Shown in pieces: positions 25,819 to 38,070 of a DNA stretch of 64,000 nucleotides (position 1 is its first letter; every line of letters begins with the position of its first letter). Below the pieces are notes generated by a model, which had not been told where the DNA came from, searched no databases, and saw only the letters and a program-made list of their open reading frames with translations. The translations under genes were made by a program, and so were the position numbers. The stretch is from the human T2T-CHM13v2.0 reference genome, Homo sapiens: NCBI RefSeq assembly GCF_009914755.1, contig NC_060930.1; one strand, given 5' to 3'.

Positions 25819-28480
25819 GCAAGTATCAGTTCTTAATAATTTAAGGTTTTAAAAAAGGAGGTTTTTATTAATACAAAGAATCACTTCTGTTCCTAATTAG
25901 CCCAGTAATGTCTGCCTTAAATAATACACATCTTTAAAAGGATTGCTTTACTTTGATAATGTCTGTGTTTATTTTGGTGCTGTTTCTCTCCTTAATTATT
26001 TTTATTTTTTAGTGGAATTCTAACAAAATGTTCTTGAGTTTTATAGCAGTGTACCATGCTTGATTCCTGACATCATCAAATGTTTGAGTTAGCAGGAACC
26101 CTATGTGTGGTCTGGTTTAATTCCTTTTTTTAAAAAACTGTCTCTGAGGAAATGGAGAGTTCCACAGAATTGTAGTCACTTGCACATGACCACAGAAGCA
26201 GTCGTGGAGACACAGCTGGACTTAGGATCCCAGTTTCTTTTGCCTTTTTCTTCTCACTCTCTCACCCTCTCGTGCTCTTTTACTCTCTTTTTTATCAAAC
26301 AGAGCAAATGTTAGGTAAGAAAATCAGTATGGCCAGCGAATTGCTAGTAAGTTGAGCATAACTCTTTCACTCTTGATTCTTGCACTAGTTTTGCACCACT
26401 CAGTCTCCTCCTTTGAGTCTGTGTTTTATTCTTCATGAGGCCTGATGCTTTTCCCTGAGGGTCAGACATCTTTGGTTAGCTATTTTAATTGTTCTTTTAT
26501 TTAAAAATTACGTGCTGTCTTTCTTCCTCCTGCTGTGTGGTGAAATGTTTTGTAGTCATTTGTTTGGGGAGACATTTATCCATCCATCCATCCATCCATC
26601 CTGGTAAACAGGAAGTATGAGGAGACTTAATTCATCAGGCGTCTGATTTCATTCCCTGTGGTTACAGTTTTATGTCTGTGGGATCTTTTTATCATTATTT
26701 ATCAGAAAATTGCCCAGTTTTCCTTTCTAGTCTTAGTTCCCAGTCTTCCTTAAATGGCCAAACTTGACTTTTCTGTAATAGTAACAGAATTCTTTATTTG
26801 AGTTGAGTTGAACCATTTTGCATCTTACTTTTGACTGTGTGTGATCTTTTTGGAGCCTCATAAGAAGCTGGTTAAGTAATTCAAATACTGTTGTTTTCTA
26901 ATGAGGAAACTAAGTGATTTGCTTGAGTTACACAGGTGATAAAAAGATGATTGGTTATGGATTTCAACTTGGGTACTTCAGATTTCTCTTTCTTTACCAC
27001 AAGAGTGCTGTCGACCTCTCTTATTCTTTTGTCTTTTTAGATTTTACCTGTCAAAACATCACTGTCTTTCAGAGTCTATAATCATATACTTTCTCTGAAG
27101 TTTCTTTCTGATTTACCCCTACCTTTAAACTAGTGATTCTCAGTTCTAGCTGCATATCAGTAATATGTCCTGACATTTGAAAAATTAGGGATGCCCATGC
27201 TCGATGTCTTCAAATTTTTAGCAAAGTGTCACAGCTGCATAGGTGGTTCTGACGCACAGCAGGAATCATTGCTCTGAACAGACCTTGCATCCAAGTAGCA
27301 TTTTGGATTTTCCTGTTTGATGATCGTATTTGTAATCTTTCTTGTATCACGGTCCCTTGAGCATCTGTTTGCCTTATCCCTCTCCTTTATTGTATTATGT
27401 TTTGAGAGCATAGTACTTATAAATAATAAGCACTAAGTTATTTTGTGAAATGAAGATTCATAATCCACTCATTTAATTTTGGGGACTTCAAAGACAAAGT
27501 CCATTCAGTTTGGCATTTAGTAGGTCATTGGTGAGCTTGAAGAGAGTAAAGTATTTTCCAGTGGGTTGGTGAGGAATTAGAGCTAGATTGTAATAGATAA
27601 AGAAGAATGTCAAGGTTTAGATATATTTCTCTTTTAATAAGTTTGATATTAATATTAAAGAGGCAGTAGCTTGAAGTGTTAGCAAGGCTGAGGAAAAGGT
27701 TTCTATGTAAGCTTTAGTAACAGATATGGCTTATTAGGTATAGAGTGAAAATAAAATGATAGAATGCCTTTTGAGTTTCTCAGAAAGAAACAAATGCTGT
27801 GAATAGTTTTCTGAGTTAATATATTAAGGATAATTGTATGGTCTGGTGTAGAATAGTTAAATGCTTTATAAATCAGTCTCAGATCTTAACACTGAGGCTA
27901 TTTTCTTTATGTTAAAACTTTGCCAGAAGCACTTGAACAAAATAAAGTTTTATAAGACTGAAAATTTTTATCATCAATTGTTTCAGATTATGGATTTTAT
28001 ATTAAGGATAAGATAATTCCCCAAAAGAAGAATCCTCTTTGCATTACTCAGTATAACATTTGGAAAAATTGAAGTAATATTAGGAATAAATTGTTGCCTT
28101 CAAATATTTTGGCCATATAATACTACTTTCCTTTTATCTGGTGGTATTATGTATACGAAGTTATACATTTTGTTTTGTTTTTAATAGTTCTTTTTCTGTA
28201 TTCAGAAAATATTGCCATGTGATATTTAAGATTTCACATTTATCGTGGCTTATGATACCTAATTGAGTTCTGAATTTTGGGATTTTAAAAATTGAGTTAT
28301 TAATTGTACATGAATTGTACCTACTAATAAACAGCTGGAGGAAGAAAGGGGAAAATAAGTCAGTAATCTATCAGAATTGAAGTATTAGTAAGTAGTCAAT
28401 GTTTTGTGTCATTTAAACCATAAAATACCAGAATGAGTTTCTGTTCTTATACCTTTTCTTAAAACAATTTTTTTTATTAG

Positions 28481-28594
28481 ATGATTCCTCCCCGGGGCTG
28501 TGCTTATGTCTGCATGGTTCATCGACAAGATGCATTTCGAGCTCTTCAGAAACTCAGTTCTGGATCATATAAAATTGGGTCCAAGGTCATTAAG
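28481..28594 (+). CDS. SCAF8: SCAF8 coding exon 14 (RRM, RNP1)
   Basis: ttttattag| acceptor, AAG|gtgaga donor; MIPPRGCAYVCMVHRQDAFRALQKLSSGSYKIGSKVIK; 114 nt, phase 0-0. Confidence 0.96.
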
Positions 28595-29306
28595 GTGAGA
28601 TTTGGTGGATTGGAACTTGGGGTAGGGGGGCAGTATTTTTAATGTCTGTTATGTTAAAGTCTGAGTTTTTCACAAGAGGGTCACAAGCTCTTCTTTTATT
28701 GGATTATTAGAATGTCTCTGTATTATATTCTTTTTAAATGTTATGGACAAACCTCATCAGAAACTTATTGTTTCAGTTCGTTGAGTTATAGAATTAGATG
28801 TAGGTAAAAATAAGTCCAATAACGAGAACTTTAGTCAATTACTTCCTTGAAATTACACTTGCACAGCTTTCTGAGTCAACTAGGGCACCATTCTATGAGT
28901 ACAACGTGTTCATTTTATAGTATTGTCTTTCATTCACTTTTCCTCCCAGTACTCCTTAACTATACCTTCTAATTATATTATTGATTTCTTTTTTCTTGAC
29001 ATCTTTTTAAAATATAAACCAGGCCCTTGTGAAGAGATTATCTATCAGAATATTTTTATTTTCTTCCTAATCTTTATACTGAGAGTTTTTTTAATATCTT
29101 TCCATTACTTTCTATGATTAACTCAGTTTGATTTCTGTTATTTGAAGTTTATTTATCTTATCAGTTTCTGCAACTGAATTAAAAACTTTAACTACTTTCA
29201 TTAAAGTTAATATATGCTCATCTTTTTTCATTCATGACTGAGTTTCTTGTGTAAACTAAAGTGTCCCTAGTCTCCTCTGGAATAAAAGATTTTTTCTAAA
29301 ATAACA

Positions 29307-29597
29307 GACCAGGTGTGGCAGCTCACACCTGCAGTCCCAGCACTTTGGGAGGCTGAGGTGGGAGGATCACTTAAGCCCAGGAGTGTCTTAAGAGCAGCCT
29401 GGACAACATGGCGAGACCTCATCTCTACAAAACAACTTAAAAATTAGCTGAGTGTGATGGTATGCTTCTATGGTCCCAGCTGCTTGGGAGGCTGAGGTGG
29501 GAGGATCTTTTGAGCCCATGAAGTCAAGGCTGTAGTGAGCCATGATCATGCTACTGCACTCCAGCCTGGGCGACAGAGTGAGACCCTGTCTCAAAAA
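29307..29597 (+). mobile_element. AluJ
   Basis: Sense Alu. Confidence 0.9.
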
Positions 29598-29768
29598 GTG
29601 AAGAAAATGCTATTCTAATCACCCCTCATGTAGGTTGACATTTTTATGGTGAAAAGTGGATTTGGATTTTCTTTGGAACTGGACTGCACTATTAGAGTTA
29701 CAAAAAGAAGTGGAAATCCTTTATTGTAAATACTATGTCTAATGTAAGTTTTATTTTAAAAAACAAAA

Positions 29769-29990
29769 CTGGTGAGGCACAGTGGCTCACACCTGTCCAG
29801 CACTTAAGGACAACCCCTGTCTCTACTAAAAAATACAAAAATTAGTTGGGCATGGTGTTGCCTGCCTGCAGTCCCAGCTGCTGCAGGGCTAAGGCAGGAA
29901 TATCGATGGCTTGAGCCCGGAAGGTCAAGGCAGTGAACCATGATCATGCCACTGCACTCCAGCCTGGGTGACTGAGTGAGACCCTGTCTC
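29769..29990 (+). mobile_element. AluJ, internally deleted
   Basis: Left arm shortened, right arm present. Confidence 0.8.
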
Positions 29991-30178
29991 AGACAAAGGG
30001 AAACAACTGGAAAAAAATTCTTTTGGCTACTGTTAGTTTTTCAGCTTTGCTTTTCCAGCTGTTTTCTAAAACCAATTTTAATGTGTTTACATTGTTTAAA
30101 TAAAATTTTGAACTTTTTACCTTGTTTTTATAGTATGTATATATAACCTTTCTTTTTTCCTCTTCCCATTTACAATAG

Positions 30179-30335
30179 ATCGCTTGGGCTTTAAACAAAG
30201 GTGTAAAAACAGAATACAAACAATTCTGGGATGTGGATCTTGGAGTTACATATATACCATGGGAAAAAGTTAAAGTGGATGACTTGGAAGGTTTTGCAGA
30301 AGGAGGCATGATTGATCAGGAGACTGTAAATACTG
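30179..30335 (+). CDS. SCAF8: SCAF8 coding exon 15 (RRM end and extension)
   Basis: tacaatag| acceptor, CTG|gtaaga donor; IAWALNKGVKTEYKQFWDVDLGVTYIPWEKVK...DQETVNT; 157 nt, phase 0-1. Confidence 0.96.
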
Positions 30336-31206
30336 GTAAGAATTCTAAGGTCTTTTTATTGTTAAAAAAAAGTATGCTTAGAAGGTTGTAGCTGAAGTGA
30401 ATTTGGGATGACAGCGTTAACTGTGTATCCTGGATTCATCTCCCAAAAAAGAGAAAAGATACATTACTATGCCCTAGTGTACATGCTTAATGGGACCTAT
30501 TTTAATAGATGTCAAAGTATAGATTAGAAAGTATAGAAGTCTATATAAATGTAGCATTTTAAAATATATGTGTGTTTTTTTCAATTTGATACTTGAGAGT
30601 TATGTGTGGGAGGGATTTTTGAAACTAAATATTTCTAATTGCTTCAGTTTAAGTGGGAACTTGAGAAGGTTTTTTGAAACACTTTGCAGATTATTTTGAG
30701 TAGTATCCATGTTGAAAATAGCAGCAATAGAATCGTAGTTTAGGGAGTTCAGATGCATACAATGTTATATACTTTCTGGGATGCCTTTTACAATACCAAA
30801 TAATCATCAGCCTGCTTTTTTTTAATCCCCAAAATTATCTTTTTATTTTAAAAGATTTCAATTAAAAATTGACAAAATGATTTGCAGTTATAACCAATAG
30901 GAAATCTAAACATTTGAAAAAGAACTGAAATAGATGCATACACCTTTTTTCTTCACACCTTAGCTCTTTTATCAGAGTTAGCTAATTTTCAGAATATTTG
31001 TTTCTCAGACCAAGGTAAAATTTTGAACCATTTTTTTTCTTCCTGTCAGGCCTATTCCTCACCCCACCCCGCCAATGGCTGCTTATTCCAGTGTATTCAC
31101 TTAATACATATTTTAGTTTCTACTGTGTGTCAGGCCCAATTTTAGGAACTGGAATTATGGCAGTGAGACAAATAGACAAAAATTCTTCCTCTTGTAGAGT
31201 GTAGCG

Positions 31207-31432
31207 CAGAGGTCAGCAACCTAATACCCATGGTCCAAATCCTGTTGGTAGCCTGTTCTGTAAATAAAGTTTTCTGTTGGTAGCCTGTTCTGTAAATAAA
31301 GTTTTATTGAAACATAGCCATGCTCACTTGTTTTCCTATTCTGTTTTACTTTTTTTTTTTTGCAATAACAGTTGAACACTTGCAGCAGAGAACACATGAC
31401 CCATAAAGCCTCAAATGCTGTAAAGTTTACTA
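31207..31432 (+). mobile_element. MER58-like (hAT-Charlie) element inside an L2 fragment
   Basis: cagaggtcagcaa start, tgtaaataaagttttattgaaacatagccatgc core. Confidence 0.75.
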
Positions 31433-32277
31433 GCCTATGTTTCACACATTTATTATCTGTGAAAAAAACAGATAATAAACAAAATAGATAAACTATATAG
31501 TACTTTAGTGTCAATAAGTTCTAAGAAAAAAATCAGGGAAGGGAGATGGGCAGTGTGGGTGTGGAGGTATTGCAGTTTTTATGTGGTTGTAGAAGATCTG
31601 ATGGAGAATGTGATATTCGAAAGGGTAAGGCAGGCAGCCATCTGGGGAAAGAGTATTCTATATGGAGGGAACAGCAAGTGCCATGTTTGTATTCAAAAAT
31701 AAGAAGACCATTATAGCTTGCGCAGAGTGAGTGAGGAATGAGTAGTAGGAGATCAAGGCAGATAGGTACAGAGGAGCAAAGTCATGTAAATCTTATTTGT
31801 CTTACTTGATCTTTACTTTGAATAAGATGGAGAAGCATGAGAGAGGAACCATTAGAGCTTCTTTGTTCTCTTTTTGCATAGCTGTGTTTTCAGAAGGATT
31901 TTATTGTATTGGATTAATACTCTCCTAGTTGGTCTTCCTTTGTTGTATTTTGTGATAAAAAATTGAGTACGGTTAGTTCCTCTTACATCAGCCAGCCATT
32001 GAGATACATATCTATTGTATCTCTTCTAAGTGTTTTCTTTAGATGAAATATTTTAGTGTCTTTCCTTTGTGTCTCATGTTTCATGGTTTTTTGAACTCCA
32101 TAGTATCCTAATCAGATTAATCTGGGCAGAAATCTAGAGTGGCACCTACGGTTGTGGATATATCTTAAAGATGTGCCAAGGTAGATGAAGGATTTAGATG
32201 TGAAATAAATGAATACAAAGAAGAAAATGAAAAGTTGCACCTATCCAAAGGAAATCAATTTCAACTATTTTGTTTAG

Positions 32278-32411
32278 AGTGGGAAACTGTGAAAAGCTCA
32301 GAACCTGTTAAAGAGACGGTCCAGACAACTCAGAGCCCAACTCCAGTTGAAAAGGAGACAGTGGTCACAACCCAGGCAGAGGTTTTCCCTCCTCCTGTTG
32401 CTATGTTGCAG
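32278..32411 (+). CDS. SCAF8: SCAF8 coding exon 16
   Basis: tgtttag| acceptor, CAG|gttagt donor; (E)WETVKSSEPVKE...PPPVAMLQ; 134 nt, phase 1-0. Confidence 0.95.
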
Positions 32412-32789
32412 GTTAGTGTTGAAGTGGGGTTTTTTTTTTCTTGTGTTGTTTTACATTTCTGTTTTTAATCATGTATTTACTTTATAAAACCGGAATGAAA
32501 ATCTCCATATTAGAATAAATGTTTGTCAGTAGTGTTAGGGAAAAGAATATTTCTTTTAAATAAAAAAAAAGTCTGCTAATGCTGTGGTATCATTGTGCTA
32601 TAAACACCTTAGGTTTAAAATAAAGGTAAATATGGAAATATTGTTTCTGAAAACTCAGAGGATTTTTTTAGGTTCATGTTTTTCTGAGGAGTCAAATTGA
32701 TAGAACAGTAAGTTATTTTAATGAGTTTGATTAAAATTTTTTGAAAAATTATTTTTAGAAATGATGTCATTCATATTTAAATATGTTTG

Positions 32790-33780
32790 TTTATTGAACA
32801 AATATTTATTGAGTACTGGCTCTGTGACACTCACTCTTCTAGGTATCAGTGAAAAACCCCCAGAAATCTCTGCCCTTTTGGAGCTTTTATTCTCAATAGT
32901 GGTGACAGAAAACGTAAAATAAATATGATTGTGAGATCCTATGGAAGGAAAAAAGTAGCGTAAGGCTGATCTATTTTAAACAGAATGGTGAGGATAGACC
33001 TAATTGAGAATGAGAAATTTGAGCAATGACTTAAAAGCACCAAGGGAGTTAACCATGTGGATATCTGATAATGAACATTCTGTTCAGAGGCAACAACCAG
33101 TGCAAAGGTCCCACACCAGGAATATGGTTGGTGTGGTCCAGGAGTGTTAAGTGGGCTAGAATAAAGCCAGTCCTCTCTAAGGACTTTGGCTTTCACTTGG
33201 AATGAGATGGATGGTGGGTCTTTACATGTGACAAAAAGAGAGAGAGAAAGATGAGGAGTCATTGGAGGATTTTGAGCAGAGGAGTGACTTGATCTGGCTT
33301 ACAGTTTTAAAGGATTGCACTGGTTACTATTTTGAGAATAGGCTGTAGTGAGCTTTGAGCAGGGAGACCAGTTAAAAGACAGTTGTAGCAATCCAGATGA
33401 GAGCTGGTGGTGGCTCAGAATAGACTTCTGGAGTGTCTATTGCACTGGAGGTAATGAGAAAAGAGTGGAGGTAATGAGAAATGGTCAGATACTAGGTGTA
33501 TTTTGAAGGTGTTGTAGCCAACAGGACTTTGCCTGGTACGATTGGATTTGGGGTTATTATGAGCAAAAGCAGAGGCAAGGTTTTTGGTCCAAGAAATTGG
33601 AAAGATAGAGTTACCATTATCTGAGACTGGGAAAGACTGTGAGAAGAGTTCTTTTGGGAAGGACGACTGGAAAATCAGTTGTTTCATACATGTTGTTAGG
33701 TAGAAGTATCTTTCTGTCAGCACAATTGGGATGTTGAATAGACACTTGATGTAATGTGAAATTTACAGGAGAGGTAAAGC
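32790..33780 (-). mobile_element. L2 fragment
   Basis: aacaaatatttattgagtact 3' terminus signature and typical L2 body (ttggaggattttgagcagaggagtgac, gggagaccagtt). Confidence 0.7.
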
Positions 33781-34235
33781 TGTGGTGCAGATGAATACTT
33801 GCGACTTTACCTAGAGTGAGTAAAAGGTACTTATGCTAGGATTAGAAAATAAATTATGAGAAATTTAGGCCATTCTAAAGCTGTTATTGACATGTTTCCT
33901 AATGGTGGTTAGGTTGCATAACAGGTATTACTGAGTGGGAGATGGCAGTTTAAAATGGAGCATAATATTCAGTGTTGAACTAGGTGACCATTAGTTTACA
34001 TCACTTGAATGTAAGATCAAATTCATAATCTCCAAGTAAAAACTATCTGTTGAATAACATTGCCTTGTTTTTACCCTAAGTAGGTTCACTTGCAAGTATA
34101 CAAAAAGGGGGCATAAAACCCTTTTTAGTAGTATTTGTTACCATCCTGAAAGAGAAATAGAATAATTTGCCTTTAGTTGTTCCAAGATGCAGGTGAATAA
34201 ACTGATGAGTGAACTTTTTTGTCTATCCACAAAAG

Positions 34236-34380
34236 ATTCCAGTGGCGCCAGCCGTGCCTACAGTTAGTTTAGTCCCACCAGCATTTCCTGTGTCGATGCC
34301 GGTTCCTCCTCCTGGATTCAGTCCAATCCCTCCACCTCCTTTTTTAAGAGCAAGTTTTAACCCTTCACAACCACCACCTG
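34236..34380 (+). CDS. SCAF8: SCAF8 coding exon 17 (Pro-rich)
   Basis: ccacaaaag| acceptor, CTG|gtaagg donor; IPVAPAVPTVSLVPP...SFNPSQPPP; 145 nt, phase 0-1. Confidence 0.94.
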
Positions 34381-34580
34381 GTAAGGAATTTTTGTTTTAA
34401 TATTTGAACTCTATTTAGATTATCATTTAAGTTGTGTTTCTTCCAGATTTAAGTACCATAGAGCAGTGGTTCTGAGACCTTAGCATGCATAGCCTTGTTA
34501 AAGCGCAGATTGCTGGGCCCAGCCTCCACTGTTTTTGCTTTACTCAGTCTGTGGTAGGGGCCAGAGAATTTTATTTTCTA

Positions 34581-34975
<395 letters not shown>

Positions 34976-35179
34976 GAATTATTACTCTTAAAGTAATGTA
35001 AAATTTCCATTGCAGTTTTTATATGAAAGTTCTCTAATAATTATCAGCATTTCATCAGAAAATTTGCATTGTCCCTCCTAAGAATCAGTAGGCTCCATTT
35101 TGACATTAGAAATTATATTTAAAAGGCTAATTGAATTTGTAATACTTTGTTTTGACCTAATAAATTATTTTTATTCTTT

Positions 35180-35281
35180 AAATATGGAACACTTCACAAA
35201 TTTGTGTGTCATCCTTGCACAAGAGCCAGGCTAATCTCTGTATCATTCCAGTTTTAGGGTATGTGCTGCCAAAGCAAGTAC
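35180..35281 (-). pseudogene. U6 snRNA processed pseudogene, near full length
   Basis: Minus strand reads gtacttgctttggcagcacat...gatacagagattagc...caaggatgacacacaaatttgtgaagtgttccatattt, i.e. U6 with CpG decay and a 3-nt deletion; A-rich tail 35168-35179; 15-bp TSD TGACCTAATAAATTA at 35153-35167 and 35282-35296. Confidence 0.95.
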
Positions 35282-35394
35282 TGACCTAATAAATTACTGA
35301 TACACAAAAAAAGTTTCTTGAATTAGATTTTCCAGGTAAAAACTATAGATTACTTAAACACAACTTACATATATAGTTTAAGATAGAGCTTTTA

Positions 35395-35678
35395 GGCCGG
35401 GCATGGTAGCTCACACCTGTAATCCCAGCACTTTGGGAGGTTGAGGTGGGAGGATTGCTTGGGTGCAGGAGTGCAAGACCAGCCCAGGAACAGAGTGACA
35501 CCCTGTCTGTACAAAAAATAAGAAAGTAGCCAGGTGAGGTGGTACACACCTGTAGTCCCAGCTACTCAGGAGGCTTGAGCCCAGGAGGTGGAGGCTACAG
35601 TGAACTGTGTTCGCACCACTACACTCCAGCATGGATGACAGAGTGAGACCTTGTCTCAAAAAAAAAAAAAAAAAAAAA
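35395..35678 (+). mobile_element. AluJ
   Basis: Sense Alu, A22 tail, TSD about AGCTTTTA. Confidence 0.9.
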
Positions 35679-36601
35679 GCTTTTATTATTAGACCATGGG
35701 AGGTTAGGTTAGAAGAATGATGGAGAGATACTTGTGAACTCCTGGAAGCAAGTGATCTTCCCACCTCAACCTCCCAAAGTGCTGGGATTACAGGTATGAG
35801 CCACCGCGCACAGCCTAAAAGCCCCATCTTAAACTATATAAGCAATTATATACGCATATTGATGAGATACGCATTTAAGTTATAGTCTTTACCTAGAAAC
35901 TCTAATTCAAGAATTTTGTTATCAAAGTTTATTAGGTCAAAACAATATATATATAGTTTTTCCAAATTAAAATGCATTTGAATTCATGAATTATTTGCAT
36001 ATTATAAGAGAAGAAATACGGTATGTTGACTTCTGTAACTTAAGTTCTTAGATGTTGGGTAGAGTTTTTAGCAAGACTAAAAAATAAATTTGAGAATGGT
36101 TGTAATTTATAGGTCATGTAAGTGTTCTAAATTACAGTTTAATGTGTAATTGGAAATTGATACAGATTTTAATAACTTTATTTTAAATATTGAAAAGTTT
36201 AATTTTCTGTATTTGTGATTTCAAAATTAAATATTTCAGAAGATATTTTTAAGTGATTATTTCAAAAATCATAACCATATAGGCTTTATAAAGTCATTGT
36301 TCCTTATTAACTTGTTGAAAAATCATGTATTTTTATTCTTTCCTTATTTTTAGCCACTTTTTAAAATGTACAAAAGGTATATTTTATTAAAAATAAAATT
36401 AAATATGTGTATCATGTAATTTACCACAAAATTGAGTTATAATTAGGATTGTGAGAGGAGGAACAAACCTCGAATACCAAAGTAGATTTTATAGTTTAGA
36501 ATTATTTTAGTCACTATTTTCTAGTTGAATGTAATGGTAGCTTTATATTTCAAAAAATGCAAAGAAGCAAATTTATAGTGTGGTATTTAAAATGATTAAG
36601 A

Positions 36602-36718
36602 AGCCGAGTGCCATAGTGTGTGCTTCTGGTCCCAGCTACTCGGGAGGCTGAAGTAGTAGGATTGTTTGAGCCCAGGAGTTTGAGACCAGCCTGGGAAACA
36701 TAGACTCGGTATCTAAAA
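36602..36718 (+). mobile_element. Free Alu monomer (FLAM/FAM-like)
   Basis: Single-arm Alu sequence. Confidence 0.75.
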
Positions 36719-37173
36719 TTAATAATTTAATTGAAATCATTAAAAAACCAATATTAAATTGAAGATTTACTTCAGTGCTTAAAACATAATATAGTGTTAT
36801 CCAGAGTTAACGGAAATATTTTGATCTAGTGAGTAAACACACGTATCAAATAAGTAAAATGGCATATATAAACAGTTTACCTGGCTCCTATTAATTTTTG
36901 ATTTTACAGCACCATAGAGCATGCTACGGGACTTGAATGAGTAAATAAATAGGATGTTCTCATAAATCAGGACCTCTTTGCTTTACCTAGCTTATTAGGG
37001 ATCAAATAAGGCAGCGTATATAAAAGCCATTTCTAAAATAGAAAAAATATATATAAATATGAGGTTGTAGTCCATTTTAAGAATATGAAGTTTCATTTGT
37101 AGCTGTTGGAATCTTTGATTTAAAATAAGTAATTTTTCTTGTGCTATTTTTTGGGGTTTTTTTTTCTGTCTAG

Positions 37174-37242
37174 GTTTCATGCCGCCTCCAGTTCCCCCAC
37201 CTGTTGTGCCACCCCCTACGATTCCACCAGTAGTACCAACAT
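37174..37242 (+). CDS. SCAF8: SCAF8 coding exon 18 (Pro-rich)
   Basis: ctgtctag| acceptor, CAT|gtaagt donor; (G)FMPPPVPPPVVPPPTIPPVVPT; 69 nt, phase 1-1. Confidence 0.95.
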
Positions 37243-37826
37243 GTAAGTTTTCTACTTTTAGAGTTTTCTTTATTCATGGTAGTGTTAATTTTAGTGTGTC
37301 AGTTCTCATTCTTGTGAATTACCGTTAATATTTTTATTATGAAAGCTTTAAGACAAATGCATGTTAGATAATTTCTAAAATACGGTAAATGACAGTTCTT
37401 ATTGAAATTTGCTTGGTTGTCTTAAACTCTTATGATTGGTTTTATTTTAGTCAAAATTCAGAGAAGGTCCTCTCATCCTATTTGTGTGTTTTTTGTTTTG
37501 CTATGTGTATTAAATGTCTTAATGTTAGTGCAGTCCTGCCCCAGTCCTCCCTTCCTTTTCTTAATGCTTCATGACTTGTTGAAGAAACAGTTCATTCTGT
37601 ATATAAGAGCTTAAATAATGGATTTGGTTTTTTGCTTCTTTGTGGTACTGAAATTACTGTCTTTGCATTTCCTGTAAAATGGAAGTTAGCACCAAAGGCT
37701 TGCTTAGATTCCGGTTCACCTGTTTTAGCAAGAATACTTGAGAAGCAAAATGCTGTAGGATTGGTATTATCTATCACATCAGAAGTCTTGCAGTGCCTTT
37801 TTGTCCTCCTGCCCCACACCTTTTTT

Positions 37827-37850
37827 GGGGCGGGGCGGGGGGGGGGCGGT
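37827..37850 (+). repeat. G-run cluster (potential G-quadruplex)
   Basis: ggggcggggcgggggggggcgg-type run. Confidence 0.6.
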
Positions 37851-37854
37851 GTAA

Positions 37855-38070
37855 AACTTTATTTTTTAGAGCAGTTTTTTAGGTTCACAGCAAAATGGAG
37901 CCAAAAGTACAGAGGATTCCCATAAGCCCCCACCCACCACACTTGCACAGGCTCTCATTATCAACATCCTCCACCAGAGTGGTACGTATATTACAATTAG
38001 CCAGCCTATATTGACAAATCATTATCACCCAAAGTCCTTAGTTTGCATTTTGATTCACTCTTGGTGTTTT
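37855..38070 (-). mobile_element. Old L1M 3' end fragment
   Basis: ttttagagcagtttttaggttcacagcaaaat...tatcaacatcctccaccagagtggtac signature. Confidence 0.7.

Larger units (their letters stand above)
35147..35945. repeat. Long imperfect inverted repeat (arms about 35147-35475 and 35735-35945)
   Basis: Reverse-complement blocks 18/18, 30/33 and 26/28 nt in unique DNA, continuous with about 80 nt of inverted Alu head. Confidence 0.9.

Noticed and set aside
25823-28480. Possible U12-type intron (gtatcagt donor, ttcttaa near acceptor)
   Set aside because: Does not match RTATCCTT or TCCTTAAC consensus and would break the frame
33446-33481. Direct repeat TGGAGGTAATGAGAAA twice
   Set aside because: Small slippage duplication inside an L2 fragment with no functional context
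35180-35281. Functional U6 gene
   Set aside because: TSD and A tail, CpG decay, internal deletion, no recognisable PSE/TATA upstream
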